The notes beneath the pieces are model-generated. The model was not told the DNA's origin, ran no database searches, and saw nothing but the letters and a program-made list of their open reading frames with translations. The translations under genes were made by a program, and so were the position numbers. From positions 320,001 to 384,000 of the forward strand of contig CBDDBZ010000036.1 of assembly GCA_965225945.1 (NCBI GenBank): 64,000 bases of DNA. The letters run 5' to 3'. Position 1 is the first letter of the stretch; each line of letters begins with the position of its first letter. Of the stretch, positions 1-10,355 are shown piece after piece. The DNA comes from Alphaproteobacteria bacterium (lineage in GTDB: Bacteria > Pseudomonadota > Alphaproteobacteria > GCA-2731375).

Positions 1-61
1 CATCCCCAAAGGGGTCAACATTGCACGCCGATAGGGGGTCAATGTTCAACGCCGATTGACA
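1..61. mobile_element. Terminus of an IS21-family element; the rest lies left of the window
   Basis: Two tandem GGGGTCAA-N7-ACGCCGAT repeats ending in ...GATTGACA (TGTCAATC on the other strand), typical of the multi-repeat IS21 end. Confidence 0.65.
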
Positions 62-108
62 AGGTGGTGTGGGAGGGGCGGCGCCGCGAGGCGCCCCCCT
101 ATCCCGAT
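62..108 (+). ncRNA. Group II intron (class IIC-like) 3' end: distal domain V strand plus domain VI
   Basis: GGTGGTGTGGGAGGGGCGGCGCCGCGAGGCGCCCCCCTATCCCGAT: DVI hairpin with GCGA loop, bulged-A region and AT terminus. Confidence 0.75.
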
Positions 109-553
109 CTATGGCTAAAAGTGAGCCTGAAGGCCATGTCGCGTCGACGGGGACTATACCCCCAACTACGGAAGAAGGGACGGGGCCAGCGAGAGGGCGG
201 ACCTGATCATGCCGATTTGCGGCCCTCCGGTCGCCTTGCTGATGGCCTCGGGAACAGCTCGGGTACACCGGCAAAAATCTGACCCCCGAACGTCGCCGGC
301 GCTCCGTCATGCATTTCCGGGAAACGCTCGCGGTCTGAGGGCGTCGTACCTCTTGGATGTTGGGTCTTGGTGGGATTTCTACGCAGCCAGCCAGGAACCA
401 CCCTTGGGTCCCACCCATCGTGCACTCATGGTGCACTCGGAGACGAAAAACCACGATAAATGAGGAAAGTCAGCGATAATCGAATTGACCTAACGCCATG
501 GATTCATTTGTCGTTGGCTGTCGTGGGCTATCCTGGTGATTCGGTTGAAAAGA

Positions 554-599
554 ATTGTGGATCTGGAGGTCGGCGGTTCGACCCCGCTCACGCGCCCCA
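554..599 (+). other. 3' fragment of tRNA-His(GTG), probable att site of an upstream island
   Basis: ATTGTGGATCTGGAGGTCGGCGGTTCGACCCCGCTCACGCGCCCCA gives anticodon loop, T-arm and CCA; no D-arm or 5' acceptor strand upstream. Confidence 0.75.
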
Positions 600-824
600 A
601 CATATCTCGTTGAAATCGTTGAGGGAATAGGCGTTTCCGGCGGTTCTCTAATGTAGAACTAAGAGGGAACAATTCCGAGATTTGTCCGAATTGCGGGGGC
701 CCCGTTACTTGGATGTTCGCCACCGCACCTGCCGTCGCTCCCGGTGAAACGGTTTGGTCACGATTTGCCTCGATACTGTGGATCGGCGACGCCGGTGTCG
801 CGCCTCGCCACGAAGCGCCTCGGG

Positions 825-1265
825 ATGAATAGCGACATGATGACGAGAGCTTTGGCGTGCTTCGGTCTGATCCTCTTGGTGGCGGGGGTTCCGCCGGCCG
901 AGCCCCGGGCCTCGGAGGCGCGGGAGGCGGCGGCGCTTCGCGCGGCGCGGGCCTGGCTCGCGACCGTCGACGGTGGGCGCTACGACGAGAGTTTGGACGC
1001 GGCCTCCGGCTTCTTCAAGACCGCCATCACCAAGGCGCATTGGCGCCGAGCCTTGGAGGGGGTGCGGCGACCGCTCGGCAAGGCGAGGGAAAGAACGCTC
1101 AGGGGCAGCACCTATGCGCGCGAATTGCCGGGGGCTCCCGACGGCCACTATGTCGTGATCCAGTTCGCCACCCGCTTCGAGAACAAGCAGGCCGCCGTCG
1201 AGACGATTACGCCGATGCTGGACCAGGACGGAGAGTGGCGGATCGCCGGCTACTTCATCAAATAG
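825..1265 (+). CDS. DUF4019-family secreted protein
   Basis: Signal peptide; AARAWL..VD.G.Y, LPGAPDG.YVVIQF.T.FENK..AVET and WRIAGYFIK motifs. Confidence 0.8.
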   Translation: MNSDMMTRALACFGLILLVAGVPPAEPRASEAREAAALRAARAWLATVDGGRYDESLDAASGFFKTAITKAHWRRALEGVRRPLGKARERTLRGSTYARELPGAPDGHYVVIQFATRFENKQAAVETITPMLDQDGEWRIAGYFIK

Positions 1266-1330
1266 ACGCCCCCGACGGGAAACCACGACGGTTCGTCGGC
1301 GGCGTCAGAGGCCCAGGGAGCCAGAATGCA

Positions 1331-1750
1331 ATGAGACGAATTCAGACGCTATTGCTCGCAGTGTTGATCGCCGGTCATCTCGGCGTCGCGCTGGCCGGCG
1401 AGGCGGTCAGCGTCCGCTCGCTGCCGCCGGTCGTGGTGGCGACCTCGCCCATGGCGGGCGATATCGCCGTCGATCCGGCGACGAGGGAAATCCGCGTCAC
1501 CTTTTCCAAGGAGATGATGACCGAGCAGATGTGGTCCTGGGTCATCCACACCAAGGACACCTTCCCGCAGATCGCCGGCGAGGCGCGCTATCTGGCGGAC
1601 AAGCGGACCAACGTCCTGCCGGTGAAGCTCGAGCCCGGACGGACCTACGCGATCTGGTTCAACTCGCCCAACGGTCGCCACAAAGCCTTCCGCGACAGCG
1701 CCAACAATTCAGCGATGCCCTACCTGCTGGTCTTCCAGACCCGCGAGTAG
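1331..1750 (+). CDS. Secreted Ig-like (SbsA/Big_5-like) domain protein
   Basis: Signal peptide; PPVVVATSP..G...VDP...EIRVTFSKEM and LEPGRTYAIWFN. Confidence 0.7.
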   Translation: MRRIQTLLLAVLIAGHLGVALAGEAVSVRSLPPVVVATSPMAGDIAVDPATREIRVTFSKEMMTEQMWSWVIHTKDTFPQIAGEARYLADKRTNVLPVKLEPGRTYAIWFNSPNGRHKAFRDSANNSAMPYLLVFQTRE

Positions 1751-1782
1751 TGCCCGGTGCGAAAGTGCCTCGCTTCGCTCGG

Positions 1783-2607
1783 TCATAACGCTCGGGACCG
1801 GCCGCTCGGCGCGCCGCGCCCGGCCAGCATTACCGCGATCATGGCACCGGCCGCCGCCGCCAGCAGATGCTTGATGGCGTGGCCGCTGATCGCTTCGCCG
1901 AGCAGCCGGTAGATCTGATGGTCGAGGTTCTCCGTTAGGACGGCGAGGGCATAAAGCCCCGCGCAAAGCGCCAGCGGACGGCCCTGGGGGCGGCGCGCGG
2001 GGAAGAGCAACAGGGTGGCGAGCATGATCGCCACCGGCAGGATCTGCACCGCGAAATAGATCCGGAGGTCGCCGACGCCGGCGCGCTCGCTCAGCGACCA
2101 GATCGTCGTGCAGCCGATCCCGAAGACGAGGGCCGCCGGCAGCAGCCAAGGAACGACCCCGATTCCTATCCGGTCCATGACGATCCCGGTGAAAAGACCC
2201 ATGAAGGCGATCGCCATCGCCGCGCGGTCCCAATAGAGCCGCGCCGTCGTCGGCTCCCCGTGATAGTAGGCGGAGCCGATGGCGACCAGGATCAGGCCGA
2301 GGAAGAAGACCTGCCAGGGCAGCCGTTCCCTCACGCCTTCGAAGAGGCGTTTCGCCCGGGCGGCGAAGACGAAGGCCGAGCCGGCGAGCCCGGCGACGAG
2401 GAAGCCCAGGTTGGAGATGACGTCGCCGAAACGCGCCACGCCCAAGATCACACGGGTGTCGGCGAAGCCGTGATAGCCCGGCGGCTGTGCCACGCGCGGC
2501 GCCAACGAGAGGGCGAGGACGACGAGGGCGCCGAGTGCCGCGAGAATCCAAAGGCGCTTCGAGGCGTCGAGCGCGCGGGCGCGCCGGATCGCCGCCTCGA
2601 GCCTCAT
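1783..2607 (-). CDS. Alkaline phytoceramidase/CREST-like membrane protein
   Basis: About 7 TM segments; YH.FAD.R, SN..F, GSAYYH, WDR and SGHAIKHL motifs; overlaps the upstream gene. Confidence 0.7.
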   Translation of the reverse strand: MRLEAAIRRARALDASKRLWILAALGALVVLALSLAPRVAQPPGYHGFADTRVILGVARFGDVISNLGFLVAGLAGSAFVFAARAKRLFEGVRERLPWQVFFLGLILVAIGSAYYHGEPTTARLYWDRAAMAIAFMGLFTGIVMDRIGIGVVPWLLPAALVFGIGCTTIWSLSERAGVGDLRIYFAVQILPVAIMLATLLLFPARRPQGRPLALCAGLYALAVLTENLDHQIYRLLGEAISGHAIKHLLAAAAGAMIAVMLAGRGAPSGRSRAL

Positions 2608-3464
2608 CCGCCCCCCAGTCCCATTTGCGCCAGCATGGCCTGGGCGAGCGGGCTCTCGGCCTCGCCCATGGAGGCGGTGATGGTGAAGTGGTCCTTGCCC
2701 TCCGGCTCCAGATAGGCGACTTCCAGGCCAGCGCCCCGGCAGAGCTCGGCGTAATCGCGGGACATCTGGATCCAAGCCTCGGTCTCGGCCCCGCCGACGG
2801 CGACGATCACCGGCTGTGATCCCCGCGGCGGATTGAGCATCGGGCTCATGCGCCGGGCCGCCGCGCGGTCCAGGCGAATGTCGTCGTTGACCGAGATGTG
2901 GAGGACCGGCTCCACCTCGTGCACGCCGGTGATCAGCGCCGCGCCCTTGATCAGGTCGGCGGCCAAGCCGTCCGCCGTCCAATCATGGGCGATCGCCAGG
3001 GCCGAGATGTGGCCGCCGGCGGAGCTGCCGGAGATGAAGATCCGCTCCGCGTCACCGTTGAAGGCAGCGATATTGGCGTGCGTCCAGGCAATCGCGCGGC
3101 GGGTCTGGAGGACCAGCTCGTCGAGCGTCACCGTCGGGCAGAGATCGTAATTCGGCAGCACGACGCAAGCGCCTGCGGCGAGGAAGGGTTCCGCCACGAA
3201 GGCGATGTCGGCCTTGTCGCCGCTGCGCCAATAGCCGCCGTGGAAATAAACCTGGACGGCTGCGCCGGGGCTGGCTGCGGGAAAGACGTCGAGGGTTTCC
3301 TTCTCGCCCGGGCCGAAGCGGATATCGAGTTGGTTCGGCCAGCGCTCCCGCGTCGCCTGGCTTTCGAGCGCGCGGGCCGAAATCTTCTCGGCATGGTCGG
3401 GGACGGCGACGCGCGGATTGTATTGCCGTTCCAGTTCCGCCGCCGAAGTGTCGAGATTGGCCAT
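2604..3464 (-). CDS. Alpha/beta hydrolase, arylformamidase (kynurenine formamidase)-like
   Basis: HGGYW and GSSAGG nucleophile motifs; C-terminal DHF. Confidence 0.85.
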   Translation of the reverse strand: MANLDTSAAELERQYNPRVAVPDHAEKISARALESQATRERWPNQLDIRFGPGEKETLDVFPAASPGAAVQVYFHGGYWRSGDKADIAFVAEPFLAAGACVVLPNYDLCPTVTLDELVLQTRRAIAWTHANIAAFNGDAERIFISGSSAGGHISALAIAHDWTADGLAADLIKGAALITGVHEVEPVLHISVNDDIRLDRAAARRMSPMLNPPRGSQPVIVAVGGAETEAWIQMSRDYAELCRGAGLEVAYLEPEGKDHFTITASMGEAESPLAQAMLAQMGLGGG

Positions 3465-3595
3465 GCGTCTCTCCTTGCGAACGCGCCCGAGGCGACCGCC
3501 AATCTAGCAGCGCGTGGGGGCCGCGGAAACGCCCGGATCGTTTCCTCACCTTGGGAAATGCGCTATCAGAGGGCCGATCTGGAAAGAGACACGGC

Positions 3596-4456
3596 ATGGC
3601 AATCGACGAGGCGGCGCTCCGCCGCCATATCGGCACCAAGTTGGTCACCCACGACGTGGCCACGGCCTATCCCCTGAAGGCGCTGGCGGCGATGCTCGAT
3701 CGCGACGAGCCCGCGCCCGAGGAGGGGACCGAGGTGCCGCCCGGCTGGCACGGCCTCTTCTTCCTGGCGACGGACGGCCCCGAGAGCCTGGGCCCGGACG
3801 GCCTGGCCACGGGAGCCGGCGTGCTGCCGAAAATGCCGTTTCCCCGCCGCATGTTCGCCGGCGAACGCTTGCGTTTCCACCGCCCGATCCGGGTCGGCGA
3901 TCCGTTGACCCGCGAGACCGAACTGCTCGACATCACGATCAAGCAGGGGCGGACGGGAACGCTGGGCTTCACCACGCAGATCCATCGCATCTCCGGGCCC
4001 GACGGCCTCTGCGTCGAGGAGGAGCGCGACGGCGTCTTCCGCGAGGAGGTGCCGGCGGGCGCGGGCAATCCCTCGACCCGGCGCGAGACGCCGCCGGAGG
4101 ACGTCGCCTGGCGGCGCGAGGTCACCATGGACACGGTGACGCTCTTTCGCTATTCGGCGCTGACCTCCAACGGCCACCGGATTCACTACGACCGCACCTA
4201 CGCGACGGAGGTCGAAGGCTATCCGGGGCTCGTGGTGCATGGCCCGCTGCTCTCGACCCTGCTGCACGACTTCGCGCGGGACAACAATCCGGGCCGCGTC
4301 TTCGCCAGCTTCCACATGCGGGCCAGGGCGCCGCTCTTCGACGTGGCGCCGTTCACGCTGTTCGGCGGGCCGAACGAGGCGGACGATGGCTGCGAGCTCT
4401 GGGCGGTGGGGCCGGAGGGCACGGTGGCGATGAGCGCAGGCGTCGCCTTCGCCTGA
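3596..4456 (+). CDS. Double hot-dog dehydratase (mesaconyl-C4-CoA hydratase/HTD2-like)
   Basis: PRRMFAG, LFRYSALT.NGHRIHYD..YA..EGYPGLVVHGPL motifs. Confidence 0.85.
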   Translation: MAIDEAALRRHIGTKLVTHDVATAYPLKALAAMLDRDEPAPEEGTEVPPGWHGLFFLATDGPESLGPDGLATGAGVLPKMPFPRRMFAGERLRFHRPIRVGDPLTRETELLDITIKQGRTGTLGFTTQIHRISGPDGLCVEEERDGVFREEVPAGAGNPSTRRETPPEDVAWRREVTMDTVTLFRYSALTSNGHRIHYDRTYATEVEGYPGLVVHGPLLSTLLHDFARDNNPGRVFASFHMRARAPLFDVAPFTLFGGPNEADDGCELWAVGPEGTVAMSAGVAFA

Positions 4457-4482
4457 GGGGCCGGCCGTGGGGACTTATCGAA

Positions 4483-5556
4483 TTAGACTCCGAAGCCGTC
4501 GGTGGGCCTGTGCTCGCGGGGCCGCGCGAGCGAATCGAGGGTGACCAGCCAGGCGGTGAGCAGCAGCAGCGCGCCCGCCTGATGAGCCACGCCGAGGCTC
4601 GTCGGCACCATGTGCACCAGGGCCACGACGCCGAGGACGAATTGCAGCAACACCGCGGCAAGCAACCAATGGGCGGCCCGCCGGGCGGCCCGGCCGGCCC
4701 GCCGGCAGCGCCAAACGAGGGCCCCCACCAGCACCACCACGGCCATCGCGCCGACGCGATGGTTGAATTGAACCGTGGTTGCATTCTCGAAATGGTTCAA
4801 CCACCAGGGTTGCAGATCAAACAGTTCCTCGGGCACCCAGGCACCGGTCATGGTCGGGAAGGTGTTATGGAGGAGGCCCGCGTCGAGCCCGGCGACAAGC
4901 GCGCCGGATACCGCCTGGACCAGTACCGCCAAGCCGACCAGGAGGGCGAACCAGGGGCGGGGCGGCGCCCGCTCCCGCGCGCCGACATCGCCCAGACCCA
5001 GGGCGAGCCACAAAATACAGAGGTAGATCACCAAGGCCAGCGACAGATGCGTGGCCAGGCGATATTGGCTGACCTCGGGATCCTCGACCAGGCCGCTCTT
5101 CACCATCCACCAGCCGACCAGTCCCTGCACTCCGCCCAGCAGAAGGACGCCCAGCAGGCGAAGCGCCAAGGGCCGCTCCAGCCGTCGACGCGCCAGGTTC
5201 CACGCGAAGGGCAGGAAGAAGACGAGGGCAATACCTCGCCCGAGCAGGCGATGGGCATATTCGAACCAGAAGATGGTCTTGAATTCAGCCAGACTCATGC
5301 CGCGATTGATCGCCCGGTATTCGGGATAGGACTGGTATTGCCGGAAGAGGTCCTGCCACGCCGCTTCGCCCAGCGGCGGAATCGCCCCCATCAGCGGCCG
5401 CCAGTCGACCATGGATAGGCCCGATTGGGTCAATCGCGTGGCCCCGCCGAGCAGCACCATGGCGAAGACCAGCGCGGCGACGATGTAAAGCCAGCCGGCG
5501 ATAGCGGGCCTGGGTGCCCTGGCGCCTCCCGCCGCCTCGATCGTCCCACTGACCAC
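4483..5556 (-). CDS. ctaA: Heme A synthase (COX15/CtaA)
   Basis: GGATRLTQSGLSM, F..YQ.YPEY, EYAHRLLGR, WWMVKSGL, RLATHL, QFNHR, HQ motifs. Confidence 0.93.
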   Translation of the reverse strand: MVSGTIEAAGGARAPRPAIAGWLYIVAALVFAMVLLGGATRLTQSGLSMVDWRPLMGAIPPLGEAAWQDLFRQYQSYPEYRAINRGMSLAEFKTIFWFEYAHRLLGRGIALVFFLPFAWNLARRRLERPLALRLLGVLLLGGVQGLVGWWMVKSGLVEDPEVSQYRLATHLSLALVIYLCILWLALGLGDVGARERAPPRPWFALLVGLAVLVQAVSGALVAGLDAGLLHNTFPTMTGAWVPEELFDLQPWWLNHFENATTVQFNHRVGAMAVVVLVGALVWRCRRAGRAARRAAHWLLAAVLLQFVLGVVALVHMVPTSLGVAHQAGALLLLTAWLVTLDSLARPREHRPTDGFGV

Positions 5557-5694
5557 GGAGCCCTCGCTTTCGCTTCGAATTGAACCAATAAACGACTTTA
5601 GATATATTATATATCATGTTGAAAATATTATAAAATCATCTGAGTTTTGGAAACGAAACCGGAAGGGGGACCGGCGCTTGCCGATCCCCCTGGT

Positions 5695-5771
5695 TGGTCG
5701 GAGCGGCGGGACTCGAACCCACGACCTCCAGCTCCCCATGCTGGCGCGCTACCAGGCTGCGCCACGCTCCG
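5695..5771 (-). tRNA. tRNA-Pro(GGG)
   Basis: CGGAGCGTGGCGCAGCCTGGTAGCGCGCCAGCATGGGGAGCTGGAGGTCGTGGGTTCGAGTCCCGCCGCTCCGACCA; full cloverleaf; usual position after ihfA-merR. Confidence 0.95.
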
Positions 5772-5844
5772 CCAGATCCGCCTCCGCGGATGGCGCGAAT
5801 ATAGTGAGGTCGCGGTCGCGGAGCAACGCCGTCGGGTCGCGCCG

Positions 5845-6288
5845 TCAGGTTAATGACCGCAACATCCGGGCGATGCCGCTCAGTTCGGCCAGCAGCGTGG
5901 TCAGGCGTTGGTGCGAGGCCTCGTCCAGGGTTGGCCGATCCTCGCCGCCTTCGTCCTCCGCCGCCAGGCCGGCGGGACGTCCCTGTTGCGCCGCCAACAC
6001 CAGCTCGCGCGCGCCATGGGCCCGGAGCAACTTCCGCACTCCCTTGATGGTATAGCCTTCGGTATAGAGGAAATGCTGGATGGATCGCAGCAGCTCGACG
6101 TCTTCCGGTCGGTAGTAGCGGCGCCCACCGCCCCGTTTCAGGGGCCGAATTTGGGTGAATTTGCTTTCCCAGAACCGGAGCACGTGCTGCGGCACCTCCA
6201 GTTCGCCCGCGACCTCGCTGATGGTCCGAAAGGCCGTCGCCGACTTGCCGCCGCGTCGCGCGCCCGCCGCTGAATTCGCCTCGGCCAT
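5845..6288 (-). CDS. MerR-family transcriptional regulator
   Basis: [39 protein letters not shown]; conserved downstream of ihfA. Confidence 0.92.
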   Translation of the reverse strand: MAEANSAAGARRGGKSATAFRTISEVAGELEVPQHVLRFWESKFTQIRPLKRGGGRRYYRPEDVELLRSIQHFLYTEGYTIKGVRKLLRAHGARELVLAAQQGRPAGLAAEDEGGEDRPTLDEASHQRLTTLLAELSGIARMLRSLT

Positions 6289-6298
6289 CTAGCTTCGC

Positions 6299-6607
6299 TC
6301 AACCCCCACTCGAGAGCGATATATCGACCTGGTCCTTGAGGACATGGCTCGGCCGGAACACCAGGACGCGACGGGGGGAAATCGGCACTTCCTCGCCGGT
6401 TTTCGGATTGCGGCCCATGCGCCCGCCCTTGTGGCGCACGACGAAGCTGCCGAAAGACGAGATCTTCACGCTCTCGCCGCCAACCAGACTGCCGACGATG
6501 TGCTCCAGCACGGCCTCGACGAGCTGCGCCGATTCGTTGCGTGACAGGCCGACCTCCTGGTAGACCGCCTCGCTGAGCTGAGCCCGCGTAACCGTATTGC
6601 CCACCAT
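6299..6607 (-). CDS. ihfA: Integration host factor subunit alpha
   Basis: [43 protein letters not shown]. Confidence 0.96.
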   Translation of the reverse strand: MVGNTVTRAQLSEAVYQEVGLSRNESAQLVEAVLEHIVGSLVGGESVKISSFGSFVVRHKGGRMGRNPKTGEEVPISPRRVLVFRPSHVLKDQVDISLSSGG

Positions 6608-6715
6608 GACGACGTCCCTCTCCAACTTCGAGGGGAGGTTAAAGCCCGGTCGAAAATGCGTCAATGTTCAACGGGATAAAATCGTCAGTTGAAGTGGCCT
6701 AGGAGCCCCCTGGGG

Positions 6716-7699
6716 CTACCAACGGGCCAAGGCAGCACCCCAGGTGAAGCCGCCCCCCATCGCTTCCATGAGCACCAGATCGCCTTGCTGGATGCGCCCG
6801 TCGCCGACCGCTTCGCTCAAGGCGAGCGGGACCGAGGCGGCGGAGGTGTTGCCGTGGTGATCCACCGTCAAGACGATTTTTTCCGGCGCCAGCCCGAGCC
6901 TGCGCGCGGTGTTGTCGATAATCCGCTTGTTCGCCTGATGCGGCACCAGCCAATCGATGTCCTCGGCCGTGAGGTCGTTCGCGGCCAGGGTTTCCTCGAT
7001 CACCTTGGAAAGGTTCAAAACCGCGTGGCGGAACACCTCGCGACCCTTCATCCTGAGGTAGCCCGTGGTCCGCGTCGAGGACGGGCCGCCGTCGACGTAG
7101 AGCGAATCGTGATAGCGCCCGTCGGCGTGGAGGTGGGTGGAGAGCACACCGCGCTCGACCGCCGCGCCGTCGCTCTCAACCCCCTCGATCACCACCGCGC
7201 CTGCCCCGTCGCCGAACAACACGCAGGTCCCCCGGTCCTCCCAATCGAGGATCCGGGAGAAGGTCTCGGCGCCGATCACCAGGGCGCGCTTCGACTGTCC
7301 CACCTTGATGAAATTGTCCGCCACGGCGAGCGCATAGATGAAACCGGTGCAGACGGCCTGGACGTCGAACGCGACGCCGCCATTGATGCCGAGACGCGCC
7401 TGGACGACGGTCGCCGTGGCTGGAAAGGTCTGATCGGGGGTCGAGGTCGCCAAAACGATGAGGTCGATGTCGCTGGGCGACATTTCCGCCGCCGCCAAGG
7501 CGCCATTTGCGGCGGCACAGGCCAAATCAGACGTCATCTCGCCCTCGGCGGCGATATGGCGCTGGCGGATCCCGGTCCGCTCGACGATCCACTCGTCGCT
7601 GGTGTCCACGGTTCGGGCCAGCTCGTCGTTCGTGAGGGCGCGGCTCGGCAAGTAGGCGCCGCAACCGCGAACAACGCTTCGAGGTAAGCTCATGGTCAA
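6716..7699 (-). CDS. fabH: Beta-ketoacyl-ACP synthase III
   Basis: DTSDEWI.ERTGI, AVCTGF catalytic Cys, PHQAN.RI, GNTSAAS. Confidence 0.96.
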   Translation of the reverse strand: MTMSLPRSVVRGCGAYLPSRALTNDELARTVDTSDEWIVERTGIRQRHIAAEGEMTSDLACAAANGALAAAEMSPSDIDLIVLATSTPDQTFPATATVVQARLGINGGVAFDVQAVCTGFIYALAVADNFIKVGQSKRALVIGAETFSRILDWEDRGTCVLFGDGAGAVVIEGVESDGAAVERGVLSTHLHADGRYHDSLYVDGGPSSTRTTGYLRMKGREVFRHAVLNLSKVIEETLAANDLTAEDIDWLVPHQANKRIIDNTARRLGLAPEKIVLTVDHHGNTSAASVPLALSEAVGDGRIQQGDLVLMEAMGGGFTWGAALARW

Positions 7700-8745
7700 C
7701 TCGCCGCCGCTTTTGCCGGCGGCTCGCGCGACCCGCCGAAGCGCCGGTAATCCTCGATGATGTGATCGTTCACGCGGTCACGGGCCATGTCGGCGGCGAC
7801 GCCGATCGCGGCGGCGAAGCCGGTCTCGTCGGCCCCGCCGTGGCTCTTCACGCTGATCCCGTTCAGGCCCAGGAAGACACCACCGTTGTGGGTCCTGGGA
7901 TCGAGCCTGTCGCGCATCGCGCGGAGCGCCGGTTTCGCCAATAGATAGCTGAGGCGCGTCAGCAGGGATTGGCCAAACGCCAGCCGCAAATAATGGGTAT
8001 AGAGCTTGGCGCTGCCTTCCGCCGTCTTGAGGGCGATATTGCCGGTGAAACCGTCGGTCACGACCACGTCCGTGGTGCCCTTGGTGATGTCGTCGCCCTC
8101 GATGAAGCCGTGGAACTCGAGCGGCAACTCGGCGCTTCGCAACATCTGCGCGGCGAGACGCACGGTGTCGTTGCCCTTGACTTCCTCCTCGCCGACGTTC
8201 AGCAGGCCGACCGTCGGCCGGGGCTGGCCGAGCACGGTGCGCGCGAAGGCGGCCCCCATGACCGCGAACTGCACCAGGTTGTTGGCGTCACAGTCGATGT
8301 TGGCGCCGAGGTCGAGCACGACGGATCCGCCCCTCAGGGTCGGAAAGACCGCCGCGATCGCCGGTCGCTCGATGCCGGGAAGCGTGCGCAGGACCACCTT
8401 CGATATTGCCATCAAGGCGCCCGTGTTGCCGCCCGAAACGACGCCGCGCGCCTCGCCCTCCGCCACCGCGTCGACGGCGAGGCGCATGCTGGTGTCGTGC
8501 CCTCTGCGAAGCGCCTGTCCAGCCTTGTCGTCCGGGCCCACTTGACCGGGCGCATGGCGAATTTCGGCCACCGATGACAGTGTCCCCATGCCCCCCATGA
8601 GCGCTTCGAGCCGTGTCTCGTCGCCAAAGATCAGAAACCGGATATCGCGATGTCGCTCGCTCACCAATCGCGCGCCGTCCAGAACACTTGACGGCGCATG
8701 GTCGCCGCCCATGGCGTCGAGCGCGATGATGATGGAGGACGACAT
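7696..8745 (-). CDS. plsX: Phosphate acyltransferase PlsX
   Basis: [36 protein letters not shown]. Confidence 0.96.
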   Translation of the reverse strand: MSSSIIIALDAMGGDHAPSSVLDGARLVSERHRDIRFLIFGDETRLEALMGGMGTLSSVAEIRHAPGQVGPDDKAGQALRRGHDTSMRLAVDAVAEGEARGVVSGGNTGALMAISKVVLRTLPGIERPAIAAVFPTLRGGSVVLDLGANIDCDANNLVQFAVMGAAFARTVLGQPRPTVGLLNVGEEEVKGNDTVRLAAQMLRSAELPLEFHGFIEGDDITKGTTDVVVTDGFTGNIALKTAEGSAKLYTHYLRLAFGQSLLTRLSYLLAKPALRAMRDRLDPRTHNGGVFLGLNGISVKSHGGADETGFAAAIGVAADMARDRVNDHIIEDYRRFGGSREPPAKAAAS

Positions 8746-8775
8746 GCTGGCCGCTCCTGGTCGACCAAACCGAAA

Positions 8776-8958
8776 CTATGCGGCCGCGGTCTCGAGGACC
8801 TCGCGGTCGTCGTAGTGGCCGCACTTCGCGCAGACGTGATGCGGCCGCTTCAACTCACCGCAGTTGCCACATTCGTGATGGACCGACGATGCGAGCGCGT
8901 CGTGCGCGCGTCGCTTGTTGCGCCGGGACGGTGACACCTTCTTCTTGGGTACGGCCAT
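8776..8958 (-). CDS. rpmF: 50S ribosomal protein L32
   Basis: [13 protein letters not shown]; C-x2-C...C-x2-C zinc ribbon. Confidence 0.96.
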   Translation of the reverse strand: MAVPKKKVSPSRRNKRRAHDALASSVHHECGNCGELKRPHHVCAKCGHYDDREVLETAAA

Positions 8959-9018
8959 CCTTCTAACCTTCGATCATCGGGCGGATCGTCCGGGTGGTCC
9001 GATCCGCCGCGTTTCGTT

Positions 9019-9591
9019 TCACCGCCCGTCCCGCAGCCGCGCGAGCGACGCAAACGGATGATCCCCGCCCGGAGGATCGCTCTCGTCGTCCACCAACCCC
9101 ATGACCTCGCCCGCCACATCGCCGGCGCGCGGGTATGGATCGATCACCGTCGCCAAGTGCTGCGCCACGGACTCGCCGATTTCGATAAATCCATCGACCA
9201 GCGCTTCCGGCGGATCCGCATCCGAGACGTCGAATTCGACCTCTTCATCGTCATTCGTCGCGTCCGCCGCGGCGAATTCGACGCTGAAGGTCTCGGAAAG
9301 TTCCGTGGCCACCGGCTCCAAGGTGACGACGCACAACTGTAACACACTGACTTCGAATGTCACCTCGACTCGAACCCGGTCCTCGGCGCGGCGAACCAGC
9401 CGTGCCGAACCCGCCAAGCGCTCGACGCCCTCGAGCGCGAAGCGCCGGGCGAGCGCGGCGCATTCCGGCTCCGTGGCTCGAAATTCCAACCGCGAGCCTT
9501 CGTCTTCGACGCCATCGAAGGCGCACCGGCGGCTGAACTCCAGCGTCTCGGGTTCGTTGTGCTCGAGTGCGACCACGGGGGTTCTCGTCAT
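9019..9591 (-). CDS. YceD/DUF177 family protein
   Basis: ALARRF.L, Q.CVVTLEPV, IDPYPR, HPFASLA.L; upstream of rpmF. Confidence 0.88.
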   Translation of the reverse strand: MTRTPVVALEHNEPETLEFSRRCAFDGVEDEGSRLEFRATEPECAALARRFALEGVERLAGSARLVRRAEDRVRVEVTFEVSVLQLCVVTLEPVATELSETFSVEFAAADATNDDEEVEFDVSDADPPEALVDGFIEIGESVAQHLATVIDPYPRAGDVAGEVMGLVDDESDPPGGDHPFASLARLRDGR

Positions 9592-9669
9592 TGCGTCGGC
9601 GATCAGGGTCGGCGGTCGAAAGGGATGAGGCCGGCCGTCGCCGGCGCGCGGAACATAGGGCCGAGACCG

Positions 9670-10245
9670 CTACAGGTCAACGCTCGTGGGAGGCCCTTGG
9701 GGGCCGGAAAACGCCGGTGTCGCGAACCGCGCCTCGCCTTGGGCGAGAGCGTCGCCCGCCACCGCGTCGAGGACGACGGCACTCTCGCGCACATAGGCCG
9801 CGAAAGCATCGATGCGCCCCCCGTCGACCTCGATTCCGCGATAGATATTGCGCCCAAGCGCCGCTTCCAGCGCGCCCGCCGGCCCGTCCAAGCCCTCTTC
9901 GTAGGCCTGCACCCGGCCGTAAAAGGCGCTGATCATCTGCTTGACGCGCCGGCCGATGGAATAATCGCCGACGCCCATCTCCCTGAGCGTGCGGTCCATG
10001 TCGGCGAACATCAAGTCGAAGAGTTCCTGGGCCAAGGCGCGGGTCGTTGCCCGGTCCGCCTTCAGCCGGCGCAACAGCAGAACCATGTGCAGGGCCAAGA
10101 CGTCGAACCTGCCGTCGAGGGTGTCCGGCACGGCCAGATCGCGAAAGAATTCAGGGCTCCGCGCCTGCGCCATCGTCGCCCCGTAGAGCGCCTCGACGGC
10201 GCGCCGGCGTCGGCGCCGCCCGGCGTCGAAAATCGCCAGGGCCAT
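9670..10245 (-). CDS. Ubiquinol-cytochrome c chaperone (Cbp3 family)
   Basis: VPDTLDGRFD..ALH, D..LREMGVGD, FYGR..AY. Confidence 0.9.
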   Translation of the reverse strand: MALAIFDAGRRRRRRAVEALYGATMAQARSPEFFRDLAVPDTLDGRFDVLALHMVLLLRRLKADRATTRALAQELFDLMFADMDRTLREMGVGDYSIGRRVKQMISAFYGRVQAYEEGLDGPAGALEAALGRNIYRGIEVDGGRIDAFAAYVRESAVVLDAVAGDALAQGEARFATPAFSGPQGPPTSVDL

Positions 10246-10355
10246 CCCTCGTCCCCCCGCGTCGGCTGGCGTTGACAGTGCCGATGTCGGCTGTCATAGC
10301 TGACGAACAGGCCTCTCAGGGCGAGATATAGGTCGGATGGGGCGTCGTCAACCTA

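Noticed and set aside
3514-5418. Long Arg/Gly/Pro-rich alternative ORFs here and elsewhere (e.g. 46828-49248, 51124-53256, 56814-58967)
   Set aside because: Shadow frames of real genes, expected in high-GC DNA
5575-5694. AT-rich patch and hairpin after tRNA-Pro as an island junction
   Set aside because: No duplicated tRNA end or integrase; better explained as the tRNA terminator and ctaA promoter
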